64,000 bases of DNA from Malacoraja senta. Lineage: Eukaryota. Position numbers and translations under genes: made by a program. Below, in pieces: positions 51,627 to 63,715 of this stretch; within the stretch, counting starts at the first letter, position 1, and each line of letters begins with the position of its first letter. The stretch spans positions 5,272,001 through 5,336,000 of the forward strand of contig CM075993.1 in the NCBI GenBank assembly GCA_038087875.1, given 5' to 3'. Below the pieces are notes generated by a model. It was not told the origin of the DNA. It saw nothing but the letters and a program-made list of their open reading frames with translations, and searched no databases.

Positions 51627-52266
51627 AGTTGAGGCAGGGACCATTGCAACGTTTAAGACCGCCTGGGTCTGGCTCCGGGGAATGCCAGGCCGGTTGCTTG
51701 GGATACCAGTGTCCGCGCTGGTGCGTGTGGTGTGGAGTGTTGGCACAAACGCTGGGCCCGCCCTCGCAGACCAGCGAGGCGGAACTGGCACCGTGAAGTA
51801 GGCGCGGGCACTGCCAGTCGGAATGCGGCGTGCGGAGGCTTGGATCACCTCCAGCAGCCGGCCGGCCAGCCGACCCAACCCCAACCCCAACCCGGCACAC
51901 CCCTTGGAAGGGAGATCTGACGGTGGTAACACAGGCCCAAAGCCAGAGGGTTCTGGAGCAAGGGCGCAGGCTGGAATTTCGGGCACCAGCGCCAACTGCA
52001 CCACCAAAGACGCTGGATGCGATGTGCAGCTTCCCGCAGTGCCGGCCCGTGGCCGACAGATCCTTGTCCAGCCACCGGCACCAGAAGCTCGTGGTGATAC
52101 TTATGTGGGGCCTCCACACACACACACGAGTCTCCAGCCCCACAGTGCAAGGTTCACACAGAAAGACTTAGAGATACAGCATGGAAACAGGCCCTTCTGC
52201 CCATCTTGCCCATGCCGACTATGTTGGTAGGCTGGGCTAGTCTCACACGCCCACATCACCTCAACC

Positions 52267-52562
52267 TAGGGTTGCCGACTTTCCCACTCCCAAATAAGGG
52301 ACAAAAGTTCAAAATACGGGACAAATTCCCGACGGCAATTGGTTGCCCGACTGGGCCGTGGCTGGGTGGGTGAATGATGAGTTGGGCCCGGGTGCTGGAC
52401 TACACACAAGGCCCAGCCGGCGGGCCAGCTGAGGAGTTTTGGCCCGAGCGACATCGCGCGCAAAGTCCGGCGCACCGTCCAACTCATGAACCGATGATCG
52501 GCCGCGAGAAGGAGGGGTGGTGGTGACGGCGGTAAGCGAAGGTCCGAAGGTCAGACAGCTGG
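52267..52562 (+). mobile_element. Truncated copy of the hAT Blackjack-like element
   Basis: Colinear with 42751-43050. Confidence 0.8.
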
Positions 52563-52964
52563 TAGTCGGCATTGAACCCGGGCCTCTGGCGCTGTGAGGT
52601 AACGGCGCACTGTGCCTCGCGGGTACAGTTTACACGGGCTTCCTCCGGGGGTCTCCACCAGTTCCCTTCCGCATCCCGAATAGACCGCTGTGAATGTGGG
52701 AGAGAGGGGGAGGATCTGGGACGGACATTGGGATAGTATAACAGGATCACTGTGGATAGGTGTTGGTCAGCACGATCTCGGTTGGCCAAAGGGCCTGTTT
52801 CCGTGCTGGGTGATTCTACCATTAGTCAGGGCAGAGCTTCACTTGTCGGGGGGAATTGGGGTTTGGGAGGGAATTCTCCATCCTGAGATTGGTACCAATG
52901 TCAGACTTGCTCTCAGGGGAGAAGTTGAGGTGCATGGCACCGTGAAGTTAGTGGGAAGCTGGAT

Positions 52965-52991
52965 AAAATGGGAGAGGGAGAGGGAAGGGAG

Positions 52992-53053
<62 letters not shown>

Positions 53054-53400
53054 GAAGGGAACTAGAGAGGTGGAGAGAGAGAGAGACGGAGGGAGTGAGA
53101 GAGAGAGACGGAGGGGGTCAGAGAGAGAGAAAGACAGGGAGAAGGAGTGAGAGAGAGAGAGGCAGGGAGAGGAAGGGAACTAGAGAGGGGGGGAGAGAGA
53201 GGGAGAGACGGAGGGAGTGAGAGAGATAGCGAGAGGGAGAGAAAGAGTCAGGGAGAGGAAGGGAATTAGAGAGGGGGGGAGAGAGAGAGGGAGAGACGGA
53301 GGGAGAGAGAGACGGAGGGAGTGAGAGAGAGAGAGACGGAGGGAGTGAGAGAGACAGGGAACTAGTGAGGCGGAGAGAGGGAGAGAGAGTGAGAGGAAGA

Positions 53401-53441
<41 letters not shown>

Positions 53442-53600
53442 TGAGAGAGAGACGGAGAGGGAGACAGGGAGAGGGAAGAGCGAGAAAAACGGGGACAGGA
53501 AGGGAGGGATAAAGACGGGGAGAGGGATAGAGAGAGGGATGCGTGGGGAATGGGAGAGATGGGGGTGAGGGAGAGAAGATTGGAGGGGAGAGGAGGCTGC
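52965..53600 (+). repeat. (GA)-rich polypurine tract
   Basis: Directly visible. Confidence 0.95.
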
Positions 53601-54299
53601 ACTGAAGGAGATGGGGGAGACATCAAACTGGTCAACCATCAGTCTGCCAGTGAGCAACCCTGCCCCAATTGATCCGGACTCCCTGGGCTCCCCTCTCCAT
53701 CCCGGTGCGGCCTCCTGCTCTTCCCACCCTCCCTGGGCCTGGCTGGAGCTGGAGCTGGAGCCTGGCCTTGGCGAAGACGTGACCTTGAATCACCTCCCCC
53801 GGTTCGCATTGAGCGCTAGGCCGCAGCCTAACTGTGACCCTGGTGGCGAGACTCCAGCCACATTCCCCCACTGCACCGCAGCTCATTAATACAAAGCTTT
53901 TAAAAATCAAAATGAAATTTAAAAAATCGCCTTGTTTTCTTTGGAGATTCTATCTGTATAATTAACATTCTTGAGTGGAGAGAGCAGAAGGCCTTGGCTG
54001 CTGAGTTGAAGGTGTGTGCGCTCTCTGGTCGAAGGTAGACGCAAAATGCTGGAGTAACTCAGCGGGACCCGCTGAGTTACTCCAGCATTTTGTGTCTACC
54101 TTCGATTTTAAACCAGCGCCTGCAGTTCTTTCCGACGCATTTTGCGCACTTCTGGTTGGCAGGAAACTCGTGCCCCTTCACCCCACCCTGTCACCACGCC
54201 AGTGGTTTAGACAAGGTCGTAGCCCAGTCGTCGTTTCAACCATCCACAGGCACGGTCTCTTACAATGCCATGTACGACAGCGATCGCAACTTCCCACTG

Positions 54300-55035
54300 C
54301 CTTTCCAGGTGCGGCAGTGGTTCACCTGCACCTCCTCCTAACCTCATCTATTGCATCCATCCGCTGCTCCAGGTGTCAGCTGCTCTAGCTCGGCGAGACC
54401 GAGCGCAGGCTCGGCGATCGCTTCGCCCAACACCTCCGCTCGGTTCGCAATCACCAACCTGATCTCCCGGTGGGCCCAGCACTTCAACTTCCCCCCTCCC
54501 CATTCCGAATCCGGCCTTTCTGTCCTGGGGCCTCCTCCGTGGCCAGAGTGAGTCCCAACGCAAATTGGAGGAGCAGCACCTCATATTTCGCTTGGGTAGT
54601 TTACACCCCAGCGGTATGAACATTGACTTCTCCAATTTCAGGTAGTCCCTGCTTTCTCCCTCCTTCCCCTCCCCTTCCCAGCTCTCCCACAAGCCCACCG
54701 TCTCCGCCTCTACCTCTCTTCTTCCCCCCCCCCCCCACATCAGTCTGAAGAAGGGTCTCGGCCTGATACGTCACCTATTCCTTCGCTCCATAGATGCTGC
54801 CTCACCCGCTGGGTTTCTCCAGCATCCATGGAGCGAAGGAATAGGTAACGTTTCGGGTCGAGACCCTTCCGGGTCTCGACCCGAAACGTCACCTATTCCT
54901 TCATCAGTCAGAAGAAGGGTCTCGACCTGAAACGTCACCTATTCCTTCGCTCCACAGATGCTGCCTCACCCGCTGAGTTTCTCCAGCATTTTTGTCCACC
55001 TTCGATTTTTCCAGCATCTGCAGTTCCTTCTTAAA
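54300..55035 (+). mobile_element. Penelope-like element GIY-YIG remnant plus rearranged terminal repeats
   Basis: FQVRQWFTCTSS / NLIYCI / RCSRCQLL / QHFN / RKLEEQHLIFRLGSLHP across frameshifts; several hammerhead units at 54742-54945. Confidence 0.85.
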
Positions 55036-56669
55036 CGCTACTTCTACTGAAGGTGTTTACAGAGTACTATGTTTACATGTTGGTTGTGCTGCTGCAGGTA
55101 AGAATTTCACGGTTCCATTCCATTTTGGGGCAAGTGACAATAAAACACACTTGAAATCCTCTCGGGGGGGGGGCGCAGGGAGGCTTTGATCTAACGTCGC
55201 ACCTTAAAAAAGACTGCACGCCCTCTGACGCTGCAGCACTCCCTCTCTTCCGCCCGGATTTCTGAGCGCCCAGAGCGGGTCTCGAACGTCTCGAGAACAC
55301 CAACAACCCGGCCCATCGCAGCGAGCGGGGCCTCCTGGAGAGCAACGGAGAGTCGACCCCGACCCTAACTCTGAGGCACTGACAGGGTAATCCCTTCTTC
55401 TCCCCCCCGCCTTCCCGAGGCGGCTGTTTTTCCCGAGCGCAGCCACATTTTTCCGAAAGATTCTATTTCTGCAGAATATTGGGTTACAGTAAAGAGGAAA
55501 CAGTTACCCCTCTCCTGCTGCAGCTCTCCTCTACTTATTATACCGGGTCTAGTCTTACGAGAACACTGTGGTTTGGCAACAACAAGCCAGACAGTCATCA
55601 TTTTTTTTCTGGCAATCAGAGATAATATTAAAAGGGGCCATTGTCACCATTTACGAGCGAGAGGAAGCCGGTGAATAAATGATTATGTTAACTGTTTACT
55701 GATGTGCATTGTATACAGCTACCAATTGGAACATCACCATCCATCATTGTATCACGCTTAGAGCGATCCATTGTGATACTCCCAATAACTTGTTTTCTTC
55801 ACGGGATGGTTCGTTACGGAAGTTCAAAGCGACACGGAGTTGTTGGACATGCTGGTGTCAAAACTTGCCTCAACACCAGCCTTAAGAGTCGGACAGCACG
55901 GAATTAGGCCCATGGGTCCAATTGCCCATGTCAACCATGGTGTCCCAACTACACTAGTCCCACCTGCCTGCGTTTGCCCCATGGCCCTCTAAACTTCGGC
56001 AGCATGAGGTTTGAACTCGGGGCAATGTTAAATCAGGTACGGGGTTAACTCAGCAACTCAGGTGGGGGGGGAAGTGTTCCCACCTGACCACGTGATCGAT
56101 TGGCCCGGATCACGGTCCGGCCCACGCAAGAGTTCGAGCCCGACCGACGACAGCTCGGTACCAAAATGGCTCCGACCCCCACACTCTCTCCTTTCACCTT
56201 AAAGCCCGCGCCCTCTAGTTTTAGAATCGTCCATCCAGTGAGCGCTCGCTGTATCCATACTCCTCATGGACCTTGCACACCCCAATAAAGTTCACTCCTC
56301 GGCCTCCTACGCCCCAAGGAAAGACGTCCCGGCCTATCAAACTTCAGTCCACTTTATCCAAGCCTCTCATTTGATATTTTTCTTTCCGACTGGATTATTC
56401 TATCCCTTATTCTGCGGGTGAGGCAGCATCTATGGAGCGAAGGAAATAGGCAACGTTTCGGCCCGAAACCCTTCTGGAAATAGGCAACGTTTCGGCCCGA
56501 AACCCCTCTGGAAATAGGCAAACGTTTCGGGCCGAAACCCGCAAGGGTTTCGTCCCGAAACGTTGCCTATTTCCTTCGCTCCATAGATGCTGCTGCACCC
56601 GCTGAGCTTCTCCAGCACTTCGGATTTTCCAGCATCTGCAGTTCCTTCCTGCTTCTGGTACATTTGACA

Positions 56670-56985
56670 TTTTTAGTTTAGTTTGGAGATACAGCGCGGA
56701 AACACGCCCTTCGGCCCACCGGGCCCAGCGATCCCCGCACATTAACACCGTCCCTACACACACCAGGGACAACTTTTTACATTTACACCAAGCCAATTAA
56801 CCTACAAACCTGCACGTCTTTGTGGAGCGCGGGAGGACACCCGAAGATCTCGGAGAAAAACCCGCCGCGGGTCACGGGGAGGACGTGCAAACTCCGCACA
56901 GACAGCGCCCGTAGTCGGGATCAAACCCGGGTCTCCGGCGCTGCATTCGCTGTAAGGCAGCAACTCTACCGCTGCGCCAACGCGA
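56670..56985 (-). mobile_element. Full-length V-SINE
   Basis: Head with GAATGCAGC insert, V-domain, tail. Confidence 0.85.
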
Positions 56986-57512
56986 CCGCCATTAAAGATA
57001 AAATAAATGTATTTTCATATCTCGCAATGGCTCAACTTTCACAAGACTCCACACAGATTTCTTTCCGTGTGATTATTTTCGCGGGACGGCGTGGCTCTAC
57101 GACCAGCGTGCGTTCGCGGAGGGGGGGGTGGGGGGGGGAGAGGAAAGCGAAACGGTCGCTGAGAAATCCGAGCCGATCCAACTCTCTCGTCGTGGCCGCC
57201 GCCGAGTAAATCTCCCGGGAGATTCTTTCCACATTGGCGGGCTGCGTGGCCAACGCTGACTTATCCCGCAGCGGGGAACTCCCGCCAACCTTTACACCGC
57301 TGGGCATCGCAGGGCAAGAGCGCCGCGAGGAATGGGGCGCAGTTCATCACAAACACCAGCGTTAGTATCGGTTAAAGATGGTATCAAAGGTTCCAAGGTT
57401 CTTTATTAGTCACATACACCCATTGGTGTAGTGAAATGCGGGTTGCCATTGCTCCGTTGGTTTTCGAAACAACCCCCCACCCCACACGGGCTGACGGAAT
57501 CACGGGATTACG

Positions 57513-58160
57513 TAGATACATAGATACATAGAAAATAGGTGCAGGAGTAGGCCATTCGGCCCTTTGAGCCTGCACCGCCATTCAATATGATCATGGCTGA
57601 TCATCCAACTCAGTATCCCGTACCTGCCTTCTCTCCATACCCCCTGATCCCTTTAGCCACAAGGGCCACATCTAACTCCCTCTTAAATATAGCCAATGAA
57701 CTGGCCTCAACTACCCTCTGTGGCAGAGAGTTCCAGAGATTCACCACTCTCTGTGTGAAAAAGTTTTTCCTCATCTCGGTTTTAAAGGATTTCCCCCTTA
57801 TCCTTAAACTGTGACCCCTTGTCCTGGACTTCCCCAACATCGGGAACAATCTTCCTGCATCTAGCCTGTCCAACCCCATAAGAATTTTGTACGTTTCTAT
57901 AAGATCCCCTCTTAATCTCCTAAATTCTGGCGAGTACAAGCCGAGTCTATCCAGTCTTTCTTCATATGAAAGTCCTGACATCCCAGGAATCAGTCTGGTG
58001 AACCTTCTCTGCATTCCCTCTATGGCTATAATGTCCTTCCTCAGATTTGGAGACCAAAACTGTACGCAATACTCCAGGTGTGGTCTCACCAAGACCCTGT
58101 ACAACTGCAGTAGAACCTCCCTGCTCCTATACTCAAATCCTCTTGCTATGAAGGCCAACA
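57513..58160 (-). mobile_element. CR1 LINE 3' end
   Basis: ORF 57610-58188 resembles the CR1 C-terminus. Confidence 0.95.
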
Positions 58161-58690
58161 TTTGGTCTCCAAATTTGAGGAAGGACATTCTTGCTATTGA
58201 GGGACCCCAGCCGTAGGTTTACAAGGTTATTTCCCGGGATGGCAGGACAGTCGTATGGTGAGAGAATGGAGCGACTGAACTTGTACACTCTGGAGTTTAG
58301 AAGGATGAGGGGGAATCTTATTGAAACATATAAGATTATTAAGGGTTTGGGACACTCTAGAGGCAGGAAACATGTTCCCGATGTTGGGGGAGTCCAGAAC
58401 CAGGGGCCACACAGTTTAAGAATAAGGGGTTGGCTATTTAGAAGGGGGACGAGGAAAAACGTTTTCACCCAGAGAGTGGTGAATCTGTGGAATTCTCTGC
58501 CTCAGAGGGCAGTGGAGGCCAATTCTCTGGATGCTTTCAAGAGAGTTAGATGGAGCTCTTAAAGATAGCGGAGTCAGGGGAGATATGGGGAAAAGGCAGG
58601 AACGGGGTACTGATTGTGGATGATCAGCCATGATCACAGTGAATGGCGGTGCTGGCTCGAAGTGCCGAATGGCCTCTACTCCTGCACCTA
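58161..58690 (+). mobile_element. CR1 LINE 3' end (second subfamily), head-to-head with the previous one
   Basis: RRFTRLFPGMAGQSYGERMERLNLYTLEFRRMRG. Confidence 0.9.
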
Positions 58691-59406
58691 TTGCGTAAAC
58701 CAGCATCTGCGGTTCCTTCCTACGCATCCTATTGTATTGTATATATGTTGGGCTCGGTGACTGCAGTGGCAGTGAAGCAAGACTTGCTCGGGCCGAAGGG
58801 CCAGATACCGTGTGGTCGGACTGCAACAGGCTGGATTGATAACTGGATTGATCCCCTCCAGTTAGTTTCTCCCCGTGCCACTTCAGTAGCAAGACAGTAG
58901 CAGCGCGCAAAGTTATACAATTCTTCATTAGCATTTCACAAAGTGGCCGTTTTACTGACAAATACAAACGAGGCCTGCAGAACCACCAGCGTAGCCATGG
59001 CAACCAACCACAAGCCATTCGCCGTGGCTCCACCACTTCTATCTCCTTGATGAATAATAGTGATGTTTTTAACACAAATAAAAAAAACTCAAGTTAAATG
59101 GAAGAATGGAAAAACACTTTGTACAATCCAAGGCCAAGAACATCCAAAAAGTCTGGATTCTGGCTGCAAATGCAATACTACACAAAACCCTTGCCAGCAA
59201 CACGCATGCAAAAGACCGTCTCGTCAACTTCAAGCAGCTACCTTGCACAACGACTCCCACTGAGGTGTTTGGTTCACATTTCAAAAGCTCAAAGGAAAAG
59301 GAAAGCCCACTCACTTTTCAGGCAAATGAGCAGAACAACATATTGTTGGTGGGTTCCCTGTTCAAGGCTGAGCCAAGGCCTGTGTCAAACAGGCCTCAGT
59401 GTTACA

Positions 59407-60038
59407 CAGAGAGAGAGGGGCAGAGAGAGAGAGAGAGAGGGGGAGAGAGAGAGAGAGAGACAGAGAGAGGTACACAGAGAGAGAGAGAGGGAGACAGAGA
59501 GAGAGAGAGACAGAGAGAGGGGCAGAGAGAGAGAGAGAGACAGAGAGAGGTACACAGAGAGAGAGAGAGGGAGACAGAGAGAGAGAGAGACAGAGAGAGA
59601 GAGAGACAGAGAGAGAGAGAGGGGGACAGAGAGAGACAGAGAGAGAGGGAGACACAGAGAGGAGGGGGACGGAGAGAGAAGGGGAGAGAGAGAGAATGAG
59701 GGAGAGAGAGTCGGAGAGAGACAGTGAGAGAATGAGGGAGAGAGAGTCGGAGAGAGAGGGAGGGAGAGAGAGAGAGAGGGGATGAGGGACAGAGAGAGAC
59801 AGAGAGAGACAGAGACAGAATGAGGGAGAGAGAGTCGGAGAGAGAGGGAGAGGGAGAGAGAGAGAGAGAGAGAGACAGAGAGAGAGGGAGACAGAGAGAG
59901 AATGAGGGAGAGAGAGTCGGAGAAAGAGGGAGGGAGAGAGAGAGAGAGAGACAGAGAGAGAGAGACAGAGGGAGGAGGGGGACGGAGAGAGAGAGAGAGA
60001 CGAGAGAGGGGGACAGAGAGAGAGGGAGAGAGAGAGAA

Positions 60039-60084
<46 letters not shown>

Positions 60085-60258
60085 GGAGAGAGAGGGGGAT
60101 AGAGAGAGAATGAGGGAGAGAGAGAGAGAGAGATGGAGAGAGAGGGGGACGGAGGGAGAGGGGGATGGAGAGGGAGACAGAGAGAGAATGAGGGAGAGAG
60201 TTGGAGAGAGAGGGACGGAGAGAGAGGGGGACAGAGAGAGTGGGAGACAGAGAGAGAA

Positions 60259-60295
<37 letters not shown>

Positions 60296-60430
60296 AAAAG
60301 GGAGGAGACATAAAGAGCCAAGAGGGGAGACAGAATAAAAATAGGGAGACACAGGGGCAAAAAGGGAGAGAGAGAGAAAAAAACGGGGAGGGAGACAGGG
60401 GTTGAGGGAGAGAGAAATGGGAGACAGAGA
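59407..60430 (+). repeat. (GA)-rich polypurine tract with higher-order AATGAGGGAGAGAG units
   Basis: Directly visible. Confidence 0.95.
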
Positions 60431-60715
60431 AAATGGCTGACCATCCATTTCAATAACATTTCCTACTTTCTCCATGTATTTAAGGATGCGTTGGTGGTGG
60501 GAAATTCCACCGCTCCACCCGGTCGGTCTGAGTGAAGAGGTTTCTCCTGCTCCCTGCTCCCTGCTCCAATTCTCTACACGATGAGGTTCTGGCCCCCCCC
60601 GCGCGAGCGGCCTTGCTGGCCAAGAATATCTAGCCCTGCATGTTAGCTTCCACAAGATGCCCGCTCCTTCCTCAGAACCAGCGGAATTATGGACGTCAGT
60701 CGTGCCGTCCCAGGT

Positions 60716-61000
60716 ATGCAGCGCCGGAGACCCGGGTTCGATCCCCGACTACGGGTGCTGTCTGTACGGAGTTTGCACGTTCTCCCCGTGACCTGCGTGG
60801 GTTTTGTCCGTTTCCCTCCCGCACTCCAAAGACGTACAGGTTTGTAGGTTAATTGGCCTTGGTACCAATGTTAAAAAAAACCCTCTAGTGGGCGTAGGAT
60901 AGTGTTAATGTTCGGGGGATCGCTGGTCGGCACGCGGACCCGGTGGGCTGAAGGGCCTGTTTCCGCGCTGTATCTCCGAACTAAACTGAACTAAACTAAA
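60716..61000 (+). mobile_element. V-SINE, 5'-clipped
   Basis: B box, V-domain, tail. Confidence 0.85.
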
Positions 61001-61309
61001 AAATGTCAAATGTACCAGAAGCAGCAAGTATTTTCAAGAAGGAACTGCAGATGCTGGAAAATCGAAGTGCTGGAGGAACTCAGCGGGTGAGGCAGCATCT
61101 ATGGAGCGAAGGAAATAGGCGACGTTTCGGGACGAAACCCTTCCGGGTTTCGGCCCGAAACGTTGCCTATTTCCAGAAGGGTTTCGGGAAAGGGTTTGGT
61201 GAAGATGGATTCAAGCTGAATGATACAGCTATACCTTCCAGCTTTTTGTCTTAGTTGTCTAACCGAGGTCTTCGGTTTCCTCCCACACTCCAAAGACGTG
61301 CAGGTTTGT

Positions 61310-61642
61310 GTGGAGTGTGAAAGGTATACATCTTCTAGATGCGCTGGGACGCATCCTCACTGATGTGATCTGGGGTCAGCGGGTGTTTCGGGTCTCGCAA
61401 CATCAGACACCCTCGCCCAGGCGACTCCAGCCGGGGTTGATCAGGCCCCGACTCGCGTCCCAGCAGCAACCGCCCACGGAGCAGCCATCTTAATCCAAAG
61501 CCACCTGGTGGCTTTCTCTGCGGCTTCGCTTGCGGATTGAACGGCCCCCTTCTTTGCCAGCCCCGTAATCCCCAACTGGTTGAGGACTCTGCAGAGTGAG
61601 CGTCCTGCAAAGCATCTACAGCCCGCCTCATAGTATGTGTTC
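61310..61642 (-). mobile_element. HERO-like (R2/NeSL group, restriction-like endonuclease) non-LTR 3' end inserted in a V-SINE
   Basis: Minus frame EAGCRCFAGRSLCRVLNQLGITGLAKKGAVQSASEAAEKATRWLWIK; TTTGT duplicated on both sides. Confidence 0.75.
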
Positions 61643-61771
61643 TTTGTAGGTTAATTGGCTTGGTAAATGTTTTTTTTTTTTAATTGTCCCTAGTGGGTGT
61701 AAGATAGTGTGTGCGGGGTTTGTAGGCAAAATGGTAAATTGACCCTAGTGTGTGTGTAGGATAGTGTTAGA

Positions 61772-62150
61772 ATAGACACTAGACAATAGGTGCAGGAGTA
61801 GGCCATTTGGCCCTTCGAGCCAGCACCGCCATTCAATGTGATCATGGCTGATCATCCCCAATCAGTACCCGTTCCTGCCTTCTCCCCATATCCCCTGGAC
61901 TCCGCTATCTTTAAGAGCCCTATCTAGCTCTCTCTTGAAAGCATCCAGAGAATTGGCCTCCACCGCCTTCTGAGGCAGAGAATCCCACAGACTCACAACT
62001 CTCTGGGTGAAAACGTTTTCCCTCACCTCCGTTGTAAATGGCCCACCCCTTATTCTTGAACTGTGGCCCCTGGTTCTGGACTCCCCCAACATCGGGAACA
62101 TGTTTCCTGCCTCTAGCATGTCCAAACCCTTAATAATCTTATATGTTTCA
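61772..62150 (-). mobile_element. CR1 3' end
   Basis: FETYKIIKGLDMLEAGNMFPMLGESRTRG. Confidence 0.9.
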
Positions 62151-62704
62151 AACACTAATACCACCACAGACTCACAACTCTCTGGGTGAAAAAATGTTTC
62201 CTCGTCTCTGTTCAAAAGGGCCCACCCCCTATTCTTGTCCAGGGACAAGAACCAGGGACAATGTCCAGGGACCGCTGGTTGGCACGGACCCGGTGGGCCG
62301 AAGGGCCTGTTTCCGCGCTGTATCTCTAAACTAAAACTCAAGCGCCTTATCTACAGGCTGATGGGGAACTGACCATGGTGAAGGGAGTGGCCATTTTCTG
62401 GGGTAAAAGTGTTTGCTTGGCAGGTTACCGTGTATGTACTCCACTGCCCTTTACAACGTCTGGCATGGTTCCACCCATGTAGAAACAAAGAACTGCAGAT
62501 GCTGGATTATGCCAAAGATAGGCACAAAGTGCTGGAGTAAGCCAGTGGGTGAGGCAGCATCTCTGGAGGAAAAGGAGGGGGAGGGGGGGAAGCATCTCTA
62601 GAAATGCGGCCTTTGTGTCTATCACGGTTCCACCAACACGGCTTCTATCGTCGTGTCGCCACCATATTGTCCAGGGTGGCCAGTGGAGGTGGCGAGATGC
62701 CACA

Positions 62705-63715
62705 CAAAGTCAAAGTCAAGTCAAGTTTATTCGTCACCTACACATACGTGATGTGCAATGAAATGAAAAGTGGCAAATGCTCGCGGAATGTGCAAAAAAA
62801 CCACAAACAGAATGGAACAGAATCACATATTCATATATTTGTGGGAGGAGAAAAAGAGAAAAAACCCAGCAATTTTAAAAAGATACAACAGTAGATTGGT
62901 TCAGTAAAGTTAGTCCCTGGTGGGGTAGGAGTTTACAGTCCGAATGGCCTCTGGGAAGAAACTCCTTCTCATCCTCTCTGTTCTCACAGCATGGCGACGG
63001 AGGCGTTTGCCCGACCGTAGCAGCTGGAACAGTCCGTTGTTGGGGTGGAAGGGGTCCCCCATGATCTGAAGAAGGGTTTCGGCCCCGGATTACGGGGCTG
63101 GCAAAGAAGCCGCAATCCGCAAGCGAAGCCGCAGAGAAAGCCACCAGGTGGCTTTGGATTAAGATGGCTGATCCGTGGGCGGTTGCTGCTGGGACGCGAG
63201 TCGGGGCCTGATCAACCCCGGCTGGAGTCGCCTGGGCGAGGGTGTCTGATGTTGCGAGACCCGAAACACCCGATGACCCCAGATCACATCAGTGAGGATG
63301 CGTTCCAGCGCATCTAGAAGATGTATAACTTTCACACTCCACACAAACCTGCACGTCTTTGGAGTGTGGGAGGAAACCGAAGACCTCGGTTAGACAACTA
63401 AGACAAAAAGCTCGAAGGTATAGCTGTATCATTCAGCTTGAATCCATCTTCACCAAACCCTTTCCCGAATCCCTTCTGGAAATAGGCAACGTTTCCTTCG
63501 CTCCATAGATGCTGCTGCGCCCGCTGAGTTTCTCCAGCATTTTTGTGTATCTCCCATGATCTTGTTGGCTCTGGATCGGCACCTCCTGGTGTATAGTTCC
63601 TGCAGGGGGGGCGAGTGTAGTTCCCACTCTCTGCAGAGCCTTCCTGTCCCGGGCAGAGCAGTTCCCAAACCAGATCGTGATGTTTCCGGACAAGATGCTT
63701 TCCACTGCTCCACAA
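62705..63715 (-). mobile_element. Rex1/Babar 3' end interrupted by a 485-bp composite insertion (63068-63552)
   Basis: FCGAVESILSGNITIWFGNC..RANKIMGD | PFHPNNGLFQLLRSGKRLR..RSFFP; AATAAAC(TTGAC)n tail. Confidence 0.85.

Noticed and set aside
51444..52230. Overlapping long ORFs in GC-rich DNA
   Set aside because: No recognisable domain; stop-codon scarcity is explained by GC content and overlap with a SINE.
56440..56570. CRISPR-like repeat array
   Set aside because: Tandem PLE repeat fragments without unique spacers, in eukaryotic DNA.
61370..61410. CUGAUG...GAAAC in the HERO-like 3' UTR as a hammerhead
   Set aside because: Core reads CUGAUGU, no clear stem II, and GGGUGU pairs directly with ACACCC, leaving no stem III or NUH site.
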